From assembly GCA_964511945.1 (NCBI GenBank), contig CAZEHO010000004.1, positions 41,193 to 105,192 of the forward strand: a DNA stretch of 64,000 nt. The letters run 5' to 3'. Source of the stretch: an uncultured Acidimicrobiia bacterium. GTDB taxonomy: Bacteria > Actinomycetota > Acidimicrobiia > Spongiisociales > UBA11373. Below, piece after piece: positions 1 to 10,230 of the stretch (the stretch's first letter is position 1; each line of letters opens with the position of its first letter). The notes beneath the pieces are model-generated. The model did no database searches, was not told the DNA's origin, and saw only the letters and a program-made list of their open reading frames with translations. A program made the position numbers and the translations under genes.

Positions 1-1029
1 GCCGAGGCTCGGGTCGAAATCCTCCACGCCCTAGACGATGAGCACGTGGACGAGATCCTCGCCCTGCTGGCGTATCCACCGGATGCCGCCGGCGGGTTGA
101 TGAAGCCGGATGTGGCCACGCTCCCCGCTGCACTCAGCGCCGGCGAGGCCATCGAGGCGCTCCGCCGGCTCCACGAGCACCTCGAGGATCTTGCATACGT
201 GTACGTCGTCGACGCGTCCAACCGGCTGCTCGGGGTCGTGTCGTTCCGGGAGCTGGTGTTCGCCAGGCCCGGCAGAGCCCTCGACGATGTGATGGTGCCG
301 AATCCGGTTGCGGTCCGGCCCGAGACCGACCGCGAAGACGTCGCCGAGATGATCCAGCGGTACAACCTGTTCGCCCTGCCGGTGGTCGACCATCGAGGAG
401 TGCTCCTCGGCATGGTGTCGATCGACGACGTCATCGTCGAGGTGCAGCGGGAAGCCACCGAGGACATCGCGGCGATGGTCGGTGCCGGCGCCGAGGAAAC
501 GATCTTCACGCCGGTGACTCGATCCATCCGGAGCCGCCTGCCGTGGACCGCGGTGAACCTGGCGACCGCTTTCCTGGTCGCCGCCGTGGTGAGCCAGTTC
601 GAACCGGTGATCGACCGGCTCGCAGTCCTCGCCGCCTACATGCCGGTGGTCGCCTCGGTCGGCGGCAACAGTGGTGCGCAGAGCCAGGCAGTGGTGATCC
701 GTGCGATGGCCGTCGACGGGGTGCCCCGCCAGAGGGTCAGGAGCGTTCTCGGGAAATCCACAATGATCGGCCTGATCAACGGGATCGCGATCGGCAGCCT
801 CTCCGGCGGTATCGCTGCGTTGTTCACTCAGGACGCCCGAATCGGCCTCGTCATCGGATTGGCGGCGCTCGCCAACCTGCTCGTCGCCAATCTGGTGGGG
901 AGTGGCATCCCGATCCTTCTGAAGACACTCGGGCAGGATCCGGCACTCGCCTCCAACATCTTCATGACGATGGTCACCGACCTCGTCGGGTTCGGAGGCT
1001 TCCTTGGGATTGCAGCCCTTATGTTGTAG
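1..1029 (+). CDS. mgtE: Magnesium transporter MgtE (5'-partial)
   Basis: Frame open from base 1; YPPDAAGGLM, tandem CBS pair, MgtE membrane domain with GGNSGAQ and DPALAS...TMVTD. Confidence 0.95.
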   Translation, partial: AEARVEILHALDDEHVDEILALLAYPPDAAGGLMKPDVATLPAALSAGEAIEALRRLHEHLEDLAYVYVVDASNRLLGVVSFRELVFARPGRALDDVMVPNPVAVRPETDREDVAEMIQRYNLFALPVVDHRGVLLGMVSIDDVIVEVQREATEDIAAMVGAGAEETIFTPVTRSIRSRLPWTAVNLATAFLVAAVVSQFEPVIDRLAVLAAYMPVVASVGGNSGAQSQAVVIRAMAVDGVPRQRVRSVLGKSTMIGLINGIAIGSLSGGIAALFTQDARIGLVIGLAALANLLVANLVGSGIPILLKTLGQDPALASNIFMTMVTDLVGFGGFLGIAALML

Positions 1030-1051
1030 GCCGGGAATCGGAAGCCAGAGA

Positions 1052-1480
1052 TCAGAGGTCAGACAGACCCTTCTCGACCCATTCCTCGAAGCTCACACCG
1101 TCCATCCACTCGGTGAAGTGGACCGCCCGGAACCAGTGCTTCACCGCGTCGAAGGCTTCCGGGGAGGGATCGGCCGCCAGTTCGGCCCGGGCCAGATCCA
1201 GGTGGGGCCGCCATCCGGCTCCGCCGAGCACCTCGTCGACCCCGTTGCGCCAGTCGGGAAGCCGCCCCGGGTCACGATCGTCGCCACCCCAGTATCGGGC
1301 AAGGCGCCGGGCATTCCGGGCCGCCTTGCGCAACGCCTTGGCGGTCACCTTGTCCACCCGACCCTCGATAAAAAAGGCAACGTCCTCGAGCCAGCGAGCC
1401 AGTTCTGCGTCATCGATCGATGCCGGATCGAACACCGCCATCTCGTAGAGCGCGTCGACGCTCGAGGTCAGGCCCGCCAT
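1052..1480 (-). CDS. Hypothetical protein (~142 aa)
   Basis: ATG at 1480, 8 nt after the aminotransferase stop; protein-like Trp-containing sequence; family not recognised. Confidence 0.7.
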   Translation of the reverse strand: MAGLTSSVDALYEMAVFDPASIDDAELARWLEDVAFFIEGRVDKVTAKALRKAARNARRLARYWGGDDRDPGRLPDWRNGVDEVLGGAGWRPHLDLARAELAADPSPEAFDAVKHWFRAVHFTEWMDGVSFEEWVEKGLSDL

Positions 1481-1487
1481 CCGGGAC

Positions 1488-2315
1488 TCAGCCCGTGCCG
1501 GTCTCGTCGGCGACGGTGGCCGCATAGGCCGCCCGCAACCGTTCGGTGACCGGCCCGCTCGGAATCTCGACGTCGCCGACGGCACCGATCCGGAGAACCT
1601 CCTTCAAGGTCGACAGGCCCATTGCCTCGTCGGCGGTTTCAAGCCGCTCGAGCGGGAAGCGGTCTTCACGGACTTCGAGGCCGATCGCCGCCGCCGCCTC
1701 GAGAACGACGTGTCTGGTGATCGACGCCAGGATCCCGAGATCCAGCGTCGGGGTCTCGAGTACACCGTCGTGCACCCAGGCCACGGTGAACGTTGGGCCC
1801 TCGATCACCCAGCCTTCACGGCACAGCAGCAGCGCATCGTCGAATCCGGCGGCCCGGGCGAGGTCGGAGGACGCCATGTTGGGTGCGTAGGAGAGCCACT
1901 TGACCGCCGAGAACGGTCCCGCCGAAGTCCCCGGATGCCACGGCGCCTCCATGGGCATCAGCCGCATCGGGTCGTTGACGCTGGGAAGCGGCTCCCACAT
2001 GACGATCGTCCTCGGGGCTGCCGTCACGTCGGGATCCCGGCCGCCGCCGGTCACCATCACCCGAACCTGGCTGTCACCTCCGGCTGCGGCGACGATTTTG
2101 ACCCAAGATTCGAGGGCAGCCCGATCGGGCGAATCGAGCCCGATGGCGGACGCCGACCGGTCGAGCCGGTCGAGGTGCTGGGCCATGCGGAACGGGTGGC
2201 CCCCATACGACCGGATGACCTCGAAGCAGCCGTATCCGCGCTGCACCGCCCAGTCGAACACCGAGATCGATGCCTCGCGTTCGGGAGCCGGCACACCGTC
2301 GATGAGTACACGCAT
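1488..2315 (-). CDS. Class IV PLP aminotransferase (branched-chain/D-amino-acid aminotransferase or ADC lyase family)
   Basis: ISVFDWAVQRGYGCFEVIR, HLDRL, catalytic K in VKWLSY, EGPT, ILASITR. Confidence 0.9.
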   Translation of the reverse strand: MRVLIDGVPAPEREASISVFDWAVQRGYGCFEVIRSYGGHPFRMAQHLDRLDRSASAIGLDSPDRAALESWVKIVAAAGGDSQVRVMVTGGGRDPDVTAAPRTIVMWEPLPSVNDPMRLMPMEAPWHPGTSAGPFSAVKWLSYAPNMASSDLARAAGFDDALLLCREGWVIEGPTFTVAWVHDGVLETPTLDLGILASITRHVVLEAAAAIGLEVREDRFPLERLETADEAMGLSTLKEVLRIGAVGDVEIPSGPVTERLRAAYAATVADETGTG

Positions 2316-2410
2316 CGGTGGCGAGGTTACTTCGACCCCGGAGGCCGCCGTCACCGTCGAGGTCGTGCCGCACGGGCCGCAGCCGGTCTCGGCCCTATAC
2401 CCTGCATCCC

Positions 2411-5278
2411 ATGAACGACGTCGGATCTCTGCTCGCGCTGACACCGCCGATCCGGGATGCCCTCGCATCCGCCGGCTGGTTTCGCGACGGTGATCCGACC
2501 CCCGCAGCAACATCGCTCCTCCGGGAGATCGTTCGCGGGCCGGATCCCGACGGAGCCGTTGATCGATTGCGGATGATCCTCGAGGAGCAGCCCGACCTGG
2601 GTCGCGACGCTCTCACCAACGAGGACCTGGGCCGAGCCCTGGTCGCAGTGATCGGAGCAACCCGGGCGCTCAGCACAACGACGGCAGCCGACCCCTCGGC
2701 GCTGCGAGCTGCAGCGGCCCCCGGCGAGCTCGATCTCGCCAAGGTGCTCGCCGCAGGAGATTCCGCCGAACTGGTCCAGGGTGTTCACGGGGCTCTGCTC
2801 ACTATCGCGGCCCGCGATTTGACCGGTACCGCAACGATGCCCGAGGTGGGCAGGCTGCTGTCCGACGTCGCCGATGCCGCGGCGGGAACCGCACTCGGCC
2901 TGGCACGGGAAGCCTCTGAGTTCCGCTTCGCCGTGATCGCCATGGGGAAGTGGGGTGGACGCGAGCTCAACTACGCATCCGACATCGACGTGCTCTTCGT
3001 CTACGACGCCACCGACGCGGACGATCCCGTTGCAGCCGCATCCGATGCCACCCGAATCGCTCAGCAGTTCCTGGCAATCCTCGGCGGCCGGGGTAACGCC
3101 GGTATTGCATTTCGGGTCGATGCCAACCTCCGCCCGGAGGGCCGGTCCGGTCCTCTCGCCAGAACAGTGGAGTCGTATTCGGCGTACTGGGAACGATGGG
3201 CCGACACGTGGGAAATGCAGGCGCTCATCAAGGCACGGGTTGCCGCCGGCGACTTGGAGCTCGGCACCAGGTTCCTGGCTGCAGCCGAACCGCACGTGTA
3301 TCCCGAAACCCTCGGGGCGGAGGCGGTCGAGTCGATCCGATCGATGAAGACCCGGGCCGAGGAGGCGGCTGCACGAGTTGCCGGAGACGAGATCAAACGC
3401 GGTGTCGGGGGGATTCGCGACATCGAGTTCTCGGTGCAGCTGCTGCAGCTGGTCCACGGCCGGGCCGATGCCGATCTACGGCACGCCAACACGCTCGCCG
3501 CCCTCGCGGTGCTCCACGATTCGGGGTACGTGCGACCCGAGGACGCCGAGATCCTCACCGAGGCCTACACCTGGCTGCGCGATGTCGAGCACCGGCTGCA
3601 GATGGTCGACCTGCGCCAGACCCACGAGCTACCGGCGGGGTCCGAAGAGCGTGACGCCATTGCCAAGGCGATGGGGTACCGCGACCATCCCGGCCAATCC
3701 GCACTCGGGCAATTCGACGACCATCTCGTCGCCCGGCGGGCGGAGATCCGCACCATTCACCAGCGGCTGTTCTACCGGCCGCTCCTCGAGGCCTTTGCCG
3801 AGTCTCCCACGGTCAAGCTGACAGAGGCGGGGGCGGCACGACAGCTGGCTGCACTCGGGTTCCTCGACGTCGAGGGAGCAAGGCGAGCGTTCTCCGACCT
3901 CACCGCAGGCCTAAGCCGCCGCAGCCGCCTCATGCAGCAACTCCTGCCGCTCATGCTGGATTGGCTGTCCAACGCCCCCGACCCGGACCTGGGCCTCGAG
4001 CAACTCCGGCTGCTGGTCACCTCAACCGCCGACAACGCACAACTGGTAGCCACGATGCGCGACAACCCGGTGGCCGCCGAGCGGCTGTGCACCTTGCTCG
4101 GGACGAGCCGGCTGCTCGGCCGGTTGCTCGACCGGATTCCCGGGTTCCTGGCGCGCCTCGGCGATGACTGGGCACTGTCCAACTTCCGCACCCGGGAGCA
4201 ATTGATCACCGAAGCCGAACGGCGGCTGACCGTCCGGGAGGATCCCACCGCTCGGCTGCGATCGGTCCGGCGACTGGTCGCAGCGACGATCCTGTGGATC
4301 GCCGGCCGGGACCTGACGGGCACGGCGGACCAGCGATGGGTCGGCAGAGCCCTGGCCGATCTGGCCGATGCAGCTGCGGCGGCTGCACTGCGCCATGCGC
4401 AGATGACGGTAGGTGCCAGCCCGCGTATGGCAGTGATCGCGATGGGCAAGTGGGGTGGCGGCGAGCTCAATTACGCCTCGGACCTCGATGCGATCCTGGT
4501 CTTCGAGCCCGGCGACGATCCGGAATCAGATGCCGAGACTGCACTGCGAGTTGCCACCGAGTTCGTCGGGGCCGTGCGAGCAGAAGGCCCGACCCCGGGG
4601 TTCCAAATAGACCTGGACCTGCGGCCCGAAGGGAAACGGGGTGCCCTGATCCGGTCGCTCGACTCCTATCGGGCCTATTACGAGCGGTGGGCGGACACCT
4701 GGGAGTTCCAGGCCCTGCTGCGAGCCCGGATTGCTGCGGGGGACGAGGAACTCGGTGCCCGGTTCCTGGAGATGGTCGAGCCGTTCCTTTACCGCGATGA
4801 CTTCAGCGTCGAGCGGGAACGGGAGGTCCGGCGGATGAAGGTGCGGATCGAACAGGAGCGCATCCCACCCGGCGAGGACGCGGCGTTCCACATGAAGCTG
4901 GGTCGAGGCAGCCTCTCCGATGTGGAGTGGACGGTGCAGCTGCTGCAACTCCGCCACGGCGCTGCTGATCCATCGGTTCGAACACCGAGCACGCTGGAGG
5001 GCCTCGAAGCGTTGCGGGATGCCGAATTGCTGACCGGAGTGGAAGCAGCGGTGCTGGCCGAGGCCTACGGATTCTGCGCCCGGGTGCGCAACCGGCTCTT
5101 CCTCCAGGCCGGGAAACAGCGCGACTCGCTTCCGGCCGACGCCACCGAGGTCGGACGGCTGGCGAGGTCGCTCGGCTACCTGCGCCATCCCCGGACCACC
5201 CTGCGAGAGCGCTATCGGCGGGTCACCAGGCGGGCGCGGCGGGTCACCGAGGAACGCTTCTACGGCGATCACGGTTGA
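2411..5278 (+). CDS. glnE: Bifunctional glutamine synthetase adenylyltransferase/deadenylase
   Basis: Two nucleotidyltransferase halves, each with AMGKWGGxELNYASD(I/L)D, LRPEG and WE(M/F)QAL; probably leaderless (TACCCT -10 just upstream of ATG 2411). Confidence 0.95.
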   Translation: MNDVGSLLALTPPIRDALASAGWFRDGDPTPAATSLLREIVRGPDPDGAVDRLRMILEEQPDLGRDALTNEDLGRALVAVIGATRALSTTTAADPSALRAAAAPGELDLAKVLAAGDSAELVQGVHGALLTIAARDLTGTATMPEVGRLLSDVADAAAGTALGLAREASEFRFAVIAMGKWGGRELNYASDIDVLFVYDATDADDPVAAASDATRIAQQFLAILGGRGNAGIAFRVDANLRPEGRSGPLARTVESYSAYWERWADTWEMQALIKARVAAGDLELGTRFLAAAEPHVYPETLGAEAVESIRSMKTRAEEAAARVAGDEIKRGVGGIRDIEFSVQLLQLVHGRADADLRHANTLAALAVLHDSGYVRPEDAEILTEAYTWLRDVEHRLQMVDLRQTHELPAGSEERDAIAKAMGYRDHPGQSALGQFDDHLVARRAEIRTIHQRLFYRPLLEAFAESPTVKLTEAGAARQLAALGFLDVEGARRAFSDLTAGLSRRSRLMQQLLPLMLDWLSNAPDPDLGLEQLRLLVTSTADNAQLVATMRDNPVAAERLCTLLGTSRLLGRLLDRIPGFLARLGDDWALSNFRTREQLITEAERRLTVREDPTARLRSVRRLVAATILWIAGRDLTGTADQRWVGRALADLADAAAAAALRHAQMTVGASPRMAVIAMGKWGGGELNYASDLDAILVFEPGDDPESDAETALRVATEFVGAVRAEGPTPGFQIDLDLRPEGKRGALIRSLDSYRAYYERWADTWEFQALLRARIAAGDEELGARFLEMVEPFLYRDDFSVEREREVRRMKVRIEQERIPPGEDAAFHMKLGRGSLSDVEWTVQLLQLRHGAADPSVRTPSTLEGLEALRDAELLTGVEAAVLAEAYGFCARVRNRLFLQAGKQRDSLPADATEVGRLARSLGYLRHPRTTLRERYRRVTRRARRVTEERFYGDHG

Positions 5279-6483
5279 CGGCGGAATACAATGCTCCGCC
5301 TCCTGACCACATGATGGACCCAACGCGCCTCCGTGCCCTCACCGATGAGCACACCGACACAGCGGTGTCGCTCCGGCGCGACCTCCATCGCCGGCCGGAG
5401 TTGTCATGGGAGGAACTCGAGACGACCTCAGCAATCGTGGACCGTCTCCGGGATGCGGGGCTCTCGCCGATGACGGTGTCGGATCAACCGGGCGTGGTGG
5501 TGGACGTTGGCCGGGGTGAGCCACTGATCGCGTTCCGGGCCGACCTCGACGCACTCCCGATCGACGAAGCGGTGCAATCGCCGTACACATCTGAGATCCC
5601 GGGAGTCATGCACGCCTGCGGTCACGACGCCCATAGCGCGATCGCGGTCGGGATCGCGCTGATGCTCGCCGAGGTAGATCTCCCCGGGCGAGTGCGCATC
5701 CTGTTCCAGCCCGCTGAGGAGGCGATGCCCGGTGGCGCACTCGAGATGCTCCGCCGCTCGGCACTCGACGGCGTGCAGGCACTCCTCGGATTCCACGTCG
5801 ACCCGTCGCTCCCCGCCGGAACGCTCGGGCTGCGGGCAGACGCCATCACCGGTGCCTCGGATCGCCTTGTCGTTGAAATCACCGGACCAGGGGGACATAC
5901 CTCACGTCCCCATCAGACGGTTGATGTCATCGGGGCGGCAGCCCGGGTCGCAACCGATCTCCCCGCGGTGCTGCAGCGAATCACCGATCCCCGCAAGCCA
6001 GTCGCGATCGTGTTCGGCCGAATCTCCGGCGGAATCACCGACAACGTGATCCCGACCCGGGTCGAGATGGGTGGCACAGTGCGCCTCTTCGACCTCGACT
6101 TGTGGCGAACGCTCCCCCCGATTGTCGAAGGACTGGTGCAGGACATCGTCGCTCCCCTCGGTGCCACCGCCAAGGTCAACTACGACCAGGGCCATCCACC
6201 GGTCGTCAACGACGCCGGGGTGATCGAAATCGTCCGCCGTACCGCGGCACCATTGCTCGAGCCGGGATCAGTGCGGACCACCGAGCAAAGCCTCGGCGCA
6301 GAAGATTTCTCGTGGTATCTGGAACACGTCCCGGGAGCACTGGTGCGGCTCGGAGCGGGGCTTCCCGGATCCGATGTCGATCTCCACTCGGCGACGTTCG
6401 ACATCGACGAGGCCTCCATCCCCACCGGGATGCTGATCGGGGCCTCCAGCCTGCTGGCCATGCTGGAGCAGGCCGCCGGCTGA
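5275..6483 (+). CDS. M20 family amidohydrolase
   Basis: [40 protein letters not shown]; start may be 5311/5314. Confidence 0.92.
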   Translation: MTAEYNAPPPDHMMDPTRLRALTDEHTDTAVSLRRDLHRRPELSWEELETTSAIVDRLRDAGLSPMTVSDQPGVVVDVGRGEPLIAFRADLDALPIDEAVQSPYTSEIPGVMHACGHDAHSAIAVGIALMLAEVDLPGRVRILFQPAEEAMPGGALEMLRRSALDGVQALLGFHVDPSLPAGTLGLRADAITGASDRLVVEITGPGGHTSRPHQTVDVIGAAARVATDLPAVLQRITDPRKPVAIVFGRISGGITDNVIPTRVEMGGTVRLFDLDLWRTLPPIVEGLVQDIVAPLGATAKVNYDQGHPPVVNDAGVIEIVRRTAAPLLEPGSVRTTEQSLGAEDFSWYLEHVPGALVRLGAGLPGSDVDLHSATFDIDEASIPTGMLIGASSLLAMLEQAAG

Positions 6484-6519
6484 CCGAACCCGATGCAACT
6501 GCGGTGGGGGACCTTGGCC

Positions 6520-6745
6520 CCTGGCATGGCGCCGGCCCGCCGCTCATCCTTGGGCCCGACCTGATCTGGTCGACGGCAGCCATGAACACCACCTGGGTCA
6601 AGTCCTCCGCCGTCGCTCGCACTCCCCCGCACCGGTCGAACAGGTATCCGTAGACCTTGCCGACGGATTGCTCCTAGAACTCCCGAAAGCGCGCCGGGTC
6701 ATGAAGGTCGTGGCCGCTCGCTTGGGGTCCCGACGGGGCGTTCAT
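6520..6745 (-). pseudogene. ECF sigma factor remnant (region 2 only, in-frame TAG)
   Basis: From ATG 6745: [63 protein letters not shown]; TAG at 6674-6676 where Tyr is expected; no region 4; 3' boundary approximate. Confidence 0.7.
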
Positions 6746-6864
6746 CCCGGATCCTTTGCCGAGGAGTCGCTCCAGGGAACGAGAATCAATCGGTCAGATC
6801 GTCTCGAAGATGCCGAGGGCGAGCCAGAGGCGATCGACCCTGGCCGGGATGTATCCGAACGGCG

Positions 6865-7887
6865 CTACTCGCCGTCGAGTTCGATGTTCAGCACCGAGGC
6901 CAGCGCCCGCATCTGGTCCATCAGTTCGGTGAACTCCCACGGCAGGATGGCCTGGGCACCATCGACCTTGGCTTCTTCCGGATTCGGGTGGACGTCAACC
7001 ATGATCCCGTCGGCGCCGACGGCAATCGCCGCCCGGGCCAGTGGAGTCACCAGGGTGCGGCGTCCTCCGGAGTGGGACGGATCCACCACGATCGGAAGAT
7101 GAGACAGCGCCTTGACTACGGGAACCGCCGAGATGTCGAGCGTGTTGCGGGTCTGGCTCTCAAACGTCCGGATCCCTCGCTCGCAGAGGATGATCTCGTG
7201 GTTGCCCTCTTTGTAGATGTACTCCGCCGCGTTCAGCCACTCCTCGATCGTGGCGGTGAAGCCTCGCTTGAGCAGGACCGGCTTCGGCTGGCGGCCCAAT
7301 TCGGCCAGCAGCGTGAAGTTGGCCATGTTGCGAGTACCGATACGGATCAAGTCGGCATACGAAGCGACGAGTTCGACGTCGCGGGGATCGACCACCTCGC
7401 AGGTGAACGGCAGCCCGAATTCGGCACGAGCCTCGGACAGCATCTCCAGACCCTCCTTGCCGAGGCCCTGGAACGAGTAGGGCGAGGTGCGAGGCTTGAA
7501 GGCATCACCCCGAAGGATGACCGCGCCCGACTTTTTCACCGCTGCCGCGGTGGTCAGCAGTTGATCACGGGACTCGACCGCGCATGGTCCGGCGATCACG
7601 GCGAATGACCCGCCGCCGACCGGTACTCCCCCGACCGGCACCACCGAGTCGTTCGCCTGGAAGTCGCGACTGACGAACTTGAACGGCTTGAGGACCGGAA
7701 CCGCACGCTCGACCCCCGGGAACGCTTCGAACGGGAGTTGCTGGATCAGGCTGCGGTCGCCGATGGCCCCGATGACCGTCCGCAATTGACCGACGGAGAC
7801 GTGAGCGTCGGCGCCGATCGCGGTCAGACGCTCGACCACATGGTCGATGTCCTCCTGGGTGGCATCGGGCTGCATGACGATGATCAT
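6865..7887 (-). CDS. aroF: 3-deoxy-7-phosphoheptulonate (DAHP) synthase, type I-beta with N-terminal regulatory domain
   Basis: MIIVM start, [34 protein letters not shown]. Confidence 0.95.
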   Translation of the reverse strand: MIIVMQPDATQEDIDHVVERLTAIGADAHVSVGQLRTVIGAIGDRSLIQQLPFEAFPGVERAVPVLKPFKFVSRDFQANDSVVPVGGVPVGGGSFAVIAGPCAVESRDQLLTTAAAVKKSGAVILRGDAFKPRTSPYSFQGLGKEGLEMLSEARAEFGLPFTCEVVDPRDVELVASYADLIRIGTRNMANFTLLAELGRQPKPVLLKRGFTATIEEWLNAAEYIYKEGNHEIILCERGIRTFESQTRNTLDISAVPVVKALSHLPIVVDPSHSGGRRTLVTPLARAAIAVGADGIMVDVHPNPEEAKVDGAQAILPWEFTELMDQMRALASVLNIELDGE

Positions 7888-8012
7888 CGACTCGTCTCCT
7901 CGCGCTGCAGCATTCGGGGTCATGAAAGATTTGTCGGCGATCGGCGCGCCGACGATAGTCCGCAGCGGCAGCGAAGCCCTCATCCGGCCGGGCCAATCTC
8001 ACTCCCCTGGGT

Positions 8013-8044
8013 CTGCTTGCAATTGCAAGCAGCTGAGATACCAT
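8013..8044 (+). promoter_or_regulatory. Perfect 20-bp palindromic operator overlapping a TTGCAA-N16-TACCAT promoter
   Basis: CTGCTTGCAATTGCAAGCAG at 8013-8032, immediately upstream of the XRE regulator. Confidence 0.75.
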
Positions 8045-8045
8045 T

Positions 8046-8408
8046 GTGAGCACAATGGTTCACCAGGTACAGGAGCTCGGCGAGTTCATCCGCAACCAGC
8101 GCCAGCGCAGCGCCATGTCGCTGCGCAAGCTGTCAGAGATCGCCGGTGTCTCCAATCCCTATCTGAGTCAGATCGAACGCGGGATCCGCCGGCCGTCCGC
8201 CGACATCCTGAAGTCGATCGCACGAGCGCTGTCGATCAGCGCCGAGACGCTGTACGAACGGGCCGGCCTGCTCGACGGGGCATCCGACACACCCGGTCTG
8301 GAACAGGTGATCCGGGACGACCCGGCCCTCAGCCCCAAACAGAAGCAGGCACTCACCGAGATCTACCGCAGCTTCGTTCGCGAGACCGAAGCCGGAGAGG
8401 AGACATGA
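8046..8408 (+). CDS. XRE-family HTH transcriptional regulator (Rv0474-like)
   Basis: LGEFIRNQR...SLRKLSEIAGVSNPYLSQIERGIRRPSA...SAETLY; start 8046 or 8055. Confidence 0.92.
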   Translation: MSTMVHQVQELGEFIRNQRQRSAMSLRKLSEIAGVSNPYLSQIERGIRRPSADILKSIARALSISAETLYERAGLLDGASDTPGLEQVIRDDPALSPKQKQALTEIYRSFVRETEAGEET

Positions 8409-8899
8409 TGAAGGTTGCAGAGATTCGTGACACGGTCACCGAACGGGCCGGCGAATTGGTCGATGGTGCCCAGAAGGCCACCAAGGACCTCCTGAAGACC
8501 GCCGAGAAGGCCGCCTACGCCGCCGTCGGCGCCCCGGTCGTCGTCGGCCGCCAGATCGCCGACTACGGCACCAAGGTCGGGTCGAACCTCCGCAAGGAAA
8601 TCGATACGTACGTCGAGGAAGGCGAAGCCCTCGCTGCCAAGCTCCGCGACGGCAACCTCGTCGACGAGGTCAAGGACCGCATGGACATCGACCAGCTGCA
8701 GGATCGGGTCGAGCGTCTGCGCGACCAGCTAGAGGATGTGCTTGCCAACTGGCGCGATTCGTTCCGGCCGGAGGAAGAGGAAGCTCCCGCCGAGGAGAAG
8801 GCCGAGAAGAAGCCCGCTGCGGCGAAGAAGCCGGCCGCTAAGAAGACCACCGCGAAGAGCACGGCAGCCAAGAAGCCTGCCGCCAAGAGCACCAAGTAG
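8405..8899 (+). CDS. HBHA/phasin-like helical protein with Lys-Ala-Pro-rich tail
   Basis: ATGA overlap with the XRE gene, RBS GGAGAGGAG; YAAVGA motif, coiled coil, KKPAA repeats. Confidence 0.75.
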   Translation: MMKVAEIRDTVTERAGELVDGAQKATKDLLKTAEKAAYAAVGAPVVVGRQIADYGTKVGSNLRKEIDTYVEEGEALAAKLRDGNLVDEVKDRMDIDQLQDRVERLRDQLEDVLANWRDSFRPEEEEAPAEEKAEKKPAAAKKPAAKKTTAKSTAAKKPAAKSTK

Positions 8900-8924
8900 C
8901 ACTCAGCCACGAACAGATGAGAAA

Positions 8925-9329
8925 TCAGTAGGAGACGGCTTCGGGGAGTTCCTTGGCGTGCTCCACCCAGCGCTCCACCATCGCTGCGGTCGGGAGACGG
9001 CGAACGAGGCTCCTGCTCCCGTTGGTCTCGACGATCTTGGAGAGCAGGCTCGCCGGGTTGCGGCGCCGCAACTCCTTGACCGTGTCGATCCCTGCCGACT
9101 CCAACAGATCTGAGTACTCCTCACCGACACCCCGGACCCGCATCAGGTCGGCCCGGTTCACCCACTCGAGCACGAGCTTCTCACTGACCTTGATCTCTGC
9201 GGAAAGGTGTCGGCGCCCCTTGCGGGTCCCGGCACGCTTCAGCAACGCTTCGGTCGTCCGAATCCCGGCCTTGCGGAGCTTCCTAGCATTCTGAATGCCG
9301 ATTCCCTCGATGGTGTCGATGGAAGCCAT
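8925..9329 (-). CDS. DUF4332 helix-hairpin-helix protein
   Basis: IEGIG...KLRKAGIRTT..LL, WVNRADLMRVRGVGEEYSDLLESAGIDTVKEL. Confidence 0.88.
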   Translation of the reverse strand: MASIDTIEGIGIQNARKLRKAGIRTTEALLKRAGTRKGRRHLSAEIKVSEKLVLEWVNRADLMRVRGVGEEYSDLLESAGIDTVKELRRRNPASLLSKIVETNGSRSLVRRLPTAAMVERWVEHAKELPEAVSY

Positions 9330-9565
9330 CGCCGTCCTTTCCGTCCTCCGCCGGGCCTGCGCCCCGCCCGGCCTCCCGGCATCACCTTACCGTCCGTGAC
9401 CGAGACGTCGTCTAGGCACTGCGGGCCGGGCAATGAGCAATGCCCAGGCCTACCACCCAGAGCACACAGGAGCGCAACTCGGGCGCCACCACCTCGTGAC
9501 AAGGCGTGCAGCCAGTTCCCAGTTCCCGGTTGCCGCGACCGTGCGCATTGAGGGAGCTCCGCGAG

Positions 9566-10153
9566 CTACTCCAGCTCCGCCACATCGTGGCGGGTGTCGA
9601 TGTCCTTCGGTGGAAGGTGATCGACCCAGACCTCCTCGACCCATTCCGGGTGGGTCTGCAGCAGGCGGGACGCGCCATGGTCGCCCTCCAGGCTCATCAA
9701 CCGGGGCCACAGTGAGCGATGAATGAGGGCCGGATTGGATCGCTCGTAGCGGTACTTCGGAACCACCGCCGGGCGCCCGGAGATCTCCATCGCCTCGAGC
9801 AGCAGGTCGGGGACCTCATCGGGGATATGCGGTTGGTCGCCGAGAGCAATGAACGCACGATCGAACCGGGGCTCGCGAGTTAGGTAGTCGAGACCCACTC
9901 GAATCGAGGAGGCGATCCCCTCCTCCCAGTCGGGGTTCTCCACGACGACGGAATCGCCGAGGTCGACCTGTTCCATGATGTCCTCGGCGCCGGAGCCGAG
10001 CACCACCGCTACGTGATCGACCGGCCAGGCTGCGATGGCGGCCACGACGCCTTCGAGCAGAGGCCGGCCCCGCCATGTGACGAGTTGTTTGGGAGAGCCG
10101 AGACGGCGGGAGCCGCCGGCTGCGAGGACGAGGGCTGCTGGGACGTGGGCCAC
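9566..10153 (-). CDS. Nucleotidyltransferase, MocA-like molybdenum cofactor cytidylyltransferase
   Basis: LAAGGSRRLGSPKQL, NPDWEEGIASSI, LGDQP, GDHGA, DIDT; start GTG 10153 inferred. Confidence 0.88.
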   Translation of the reverse strand: MAHVPAALVLAAGGSRRLGSPKQLVTWRGRPLLEGVVAAIAAWPVDHVAVVLGSGAEDIMEQVDLGDSVVVENPDWEEGIASSIRVGLDYLTREPRFDRAFIALGDQPHIPDEVPDLLLEAMEISGRPAVVPKYRYERSNPALIHRSLWPRLMSLEGDHGASRLLQTHPEWVEEVWVDHLPPKDIDTRHDVAELE

Positions 10154-10230
10154 GATCCGATCCGGGGAGTCGGCGGCCGAGCATACCCGGGACGAGTCGA
10201 GGTTGGTCCGGCTCAGTGCTCGCCTTCCGA

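Noticed and set aside
7847-8404. 350-aa ORF 7847-8899 as one protein
   Set aside because: The 5' part overlaps aroF and the XRE gene; the RBS and ATGA overlap indicate the real start is 8405.
9400-9500. Possible ncRNA or riboswitch between DUF4332 and the MocA-like gene
   Set aside because: Only one hairpin (~9423-9449) is evident, with no recognisable family motif.
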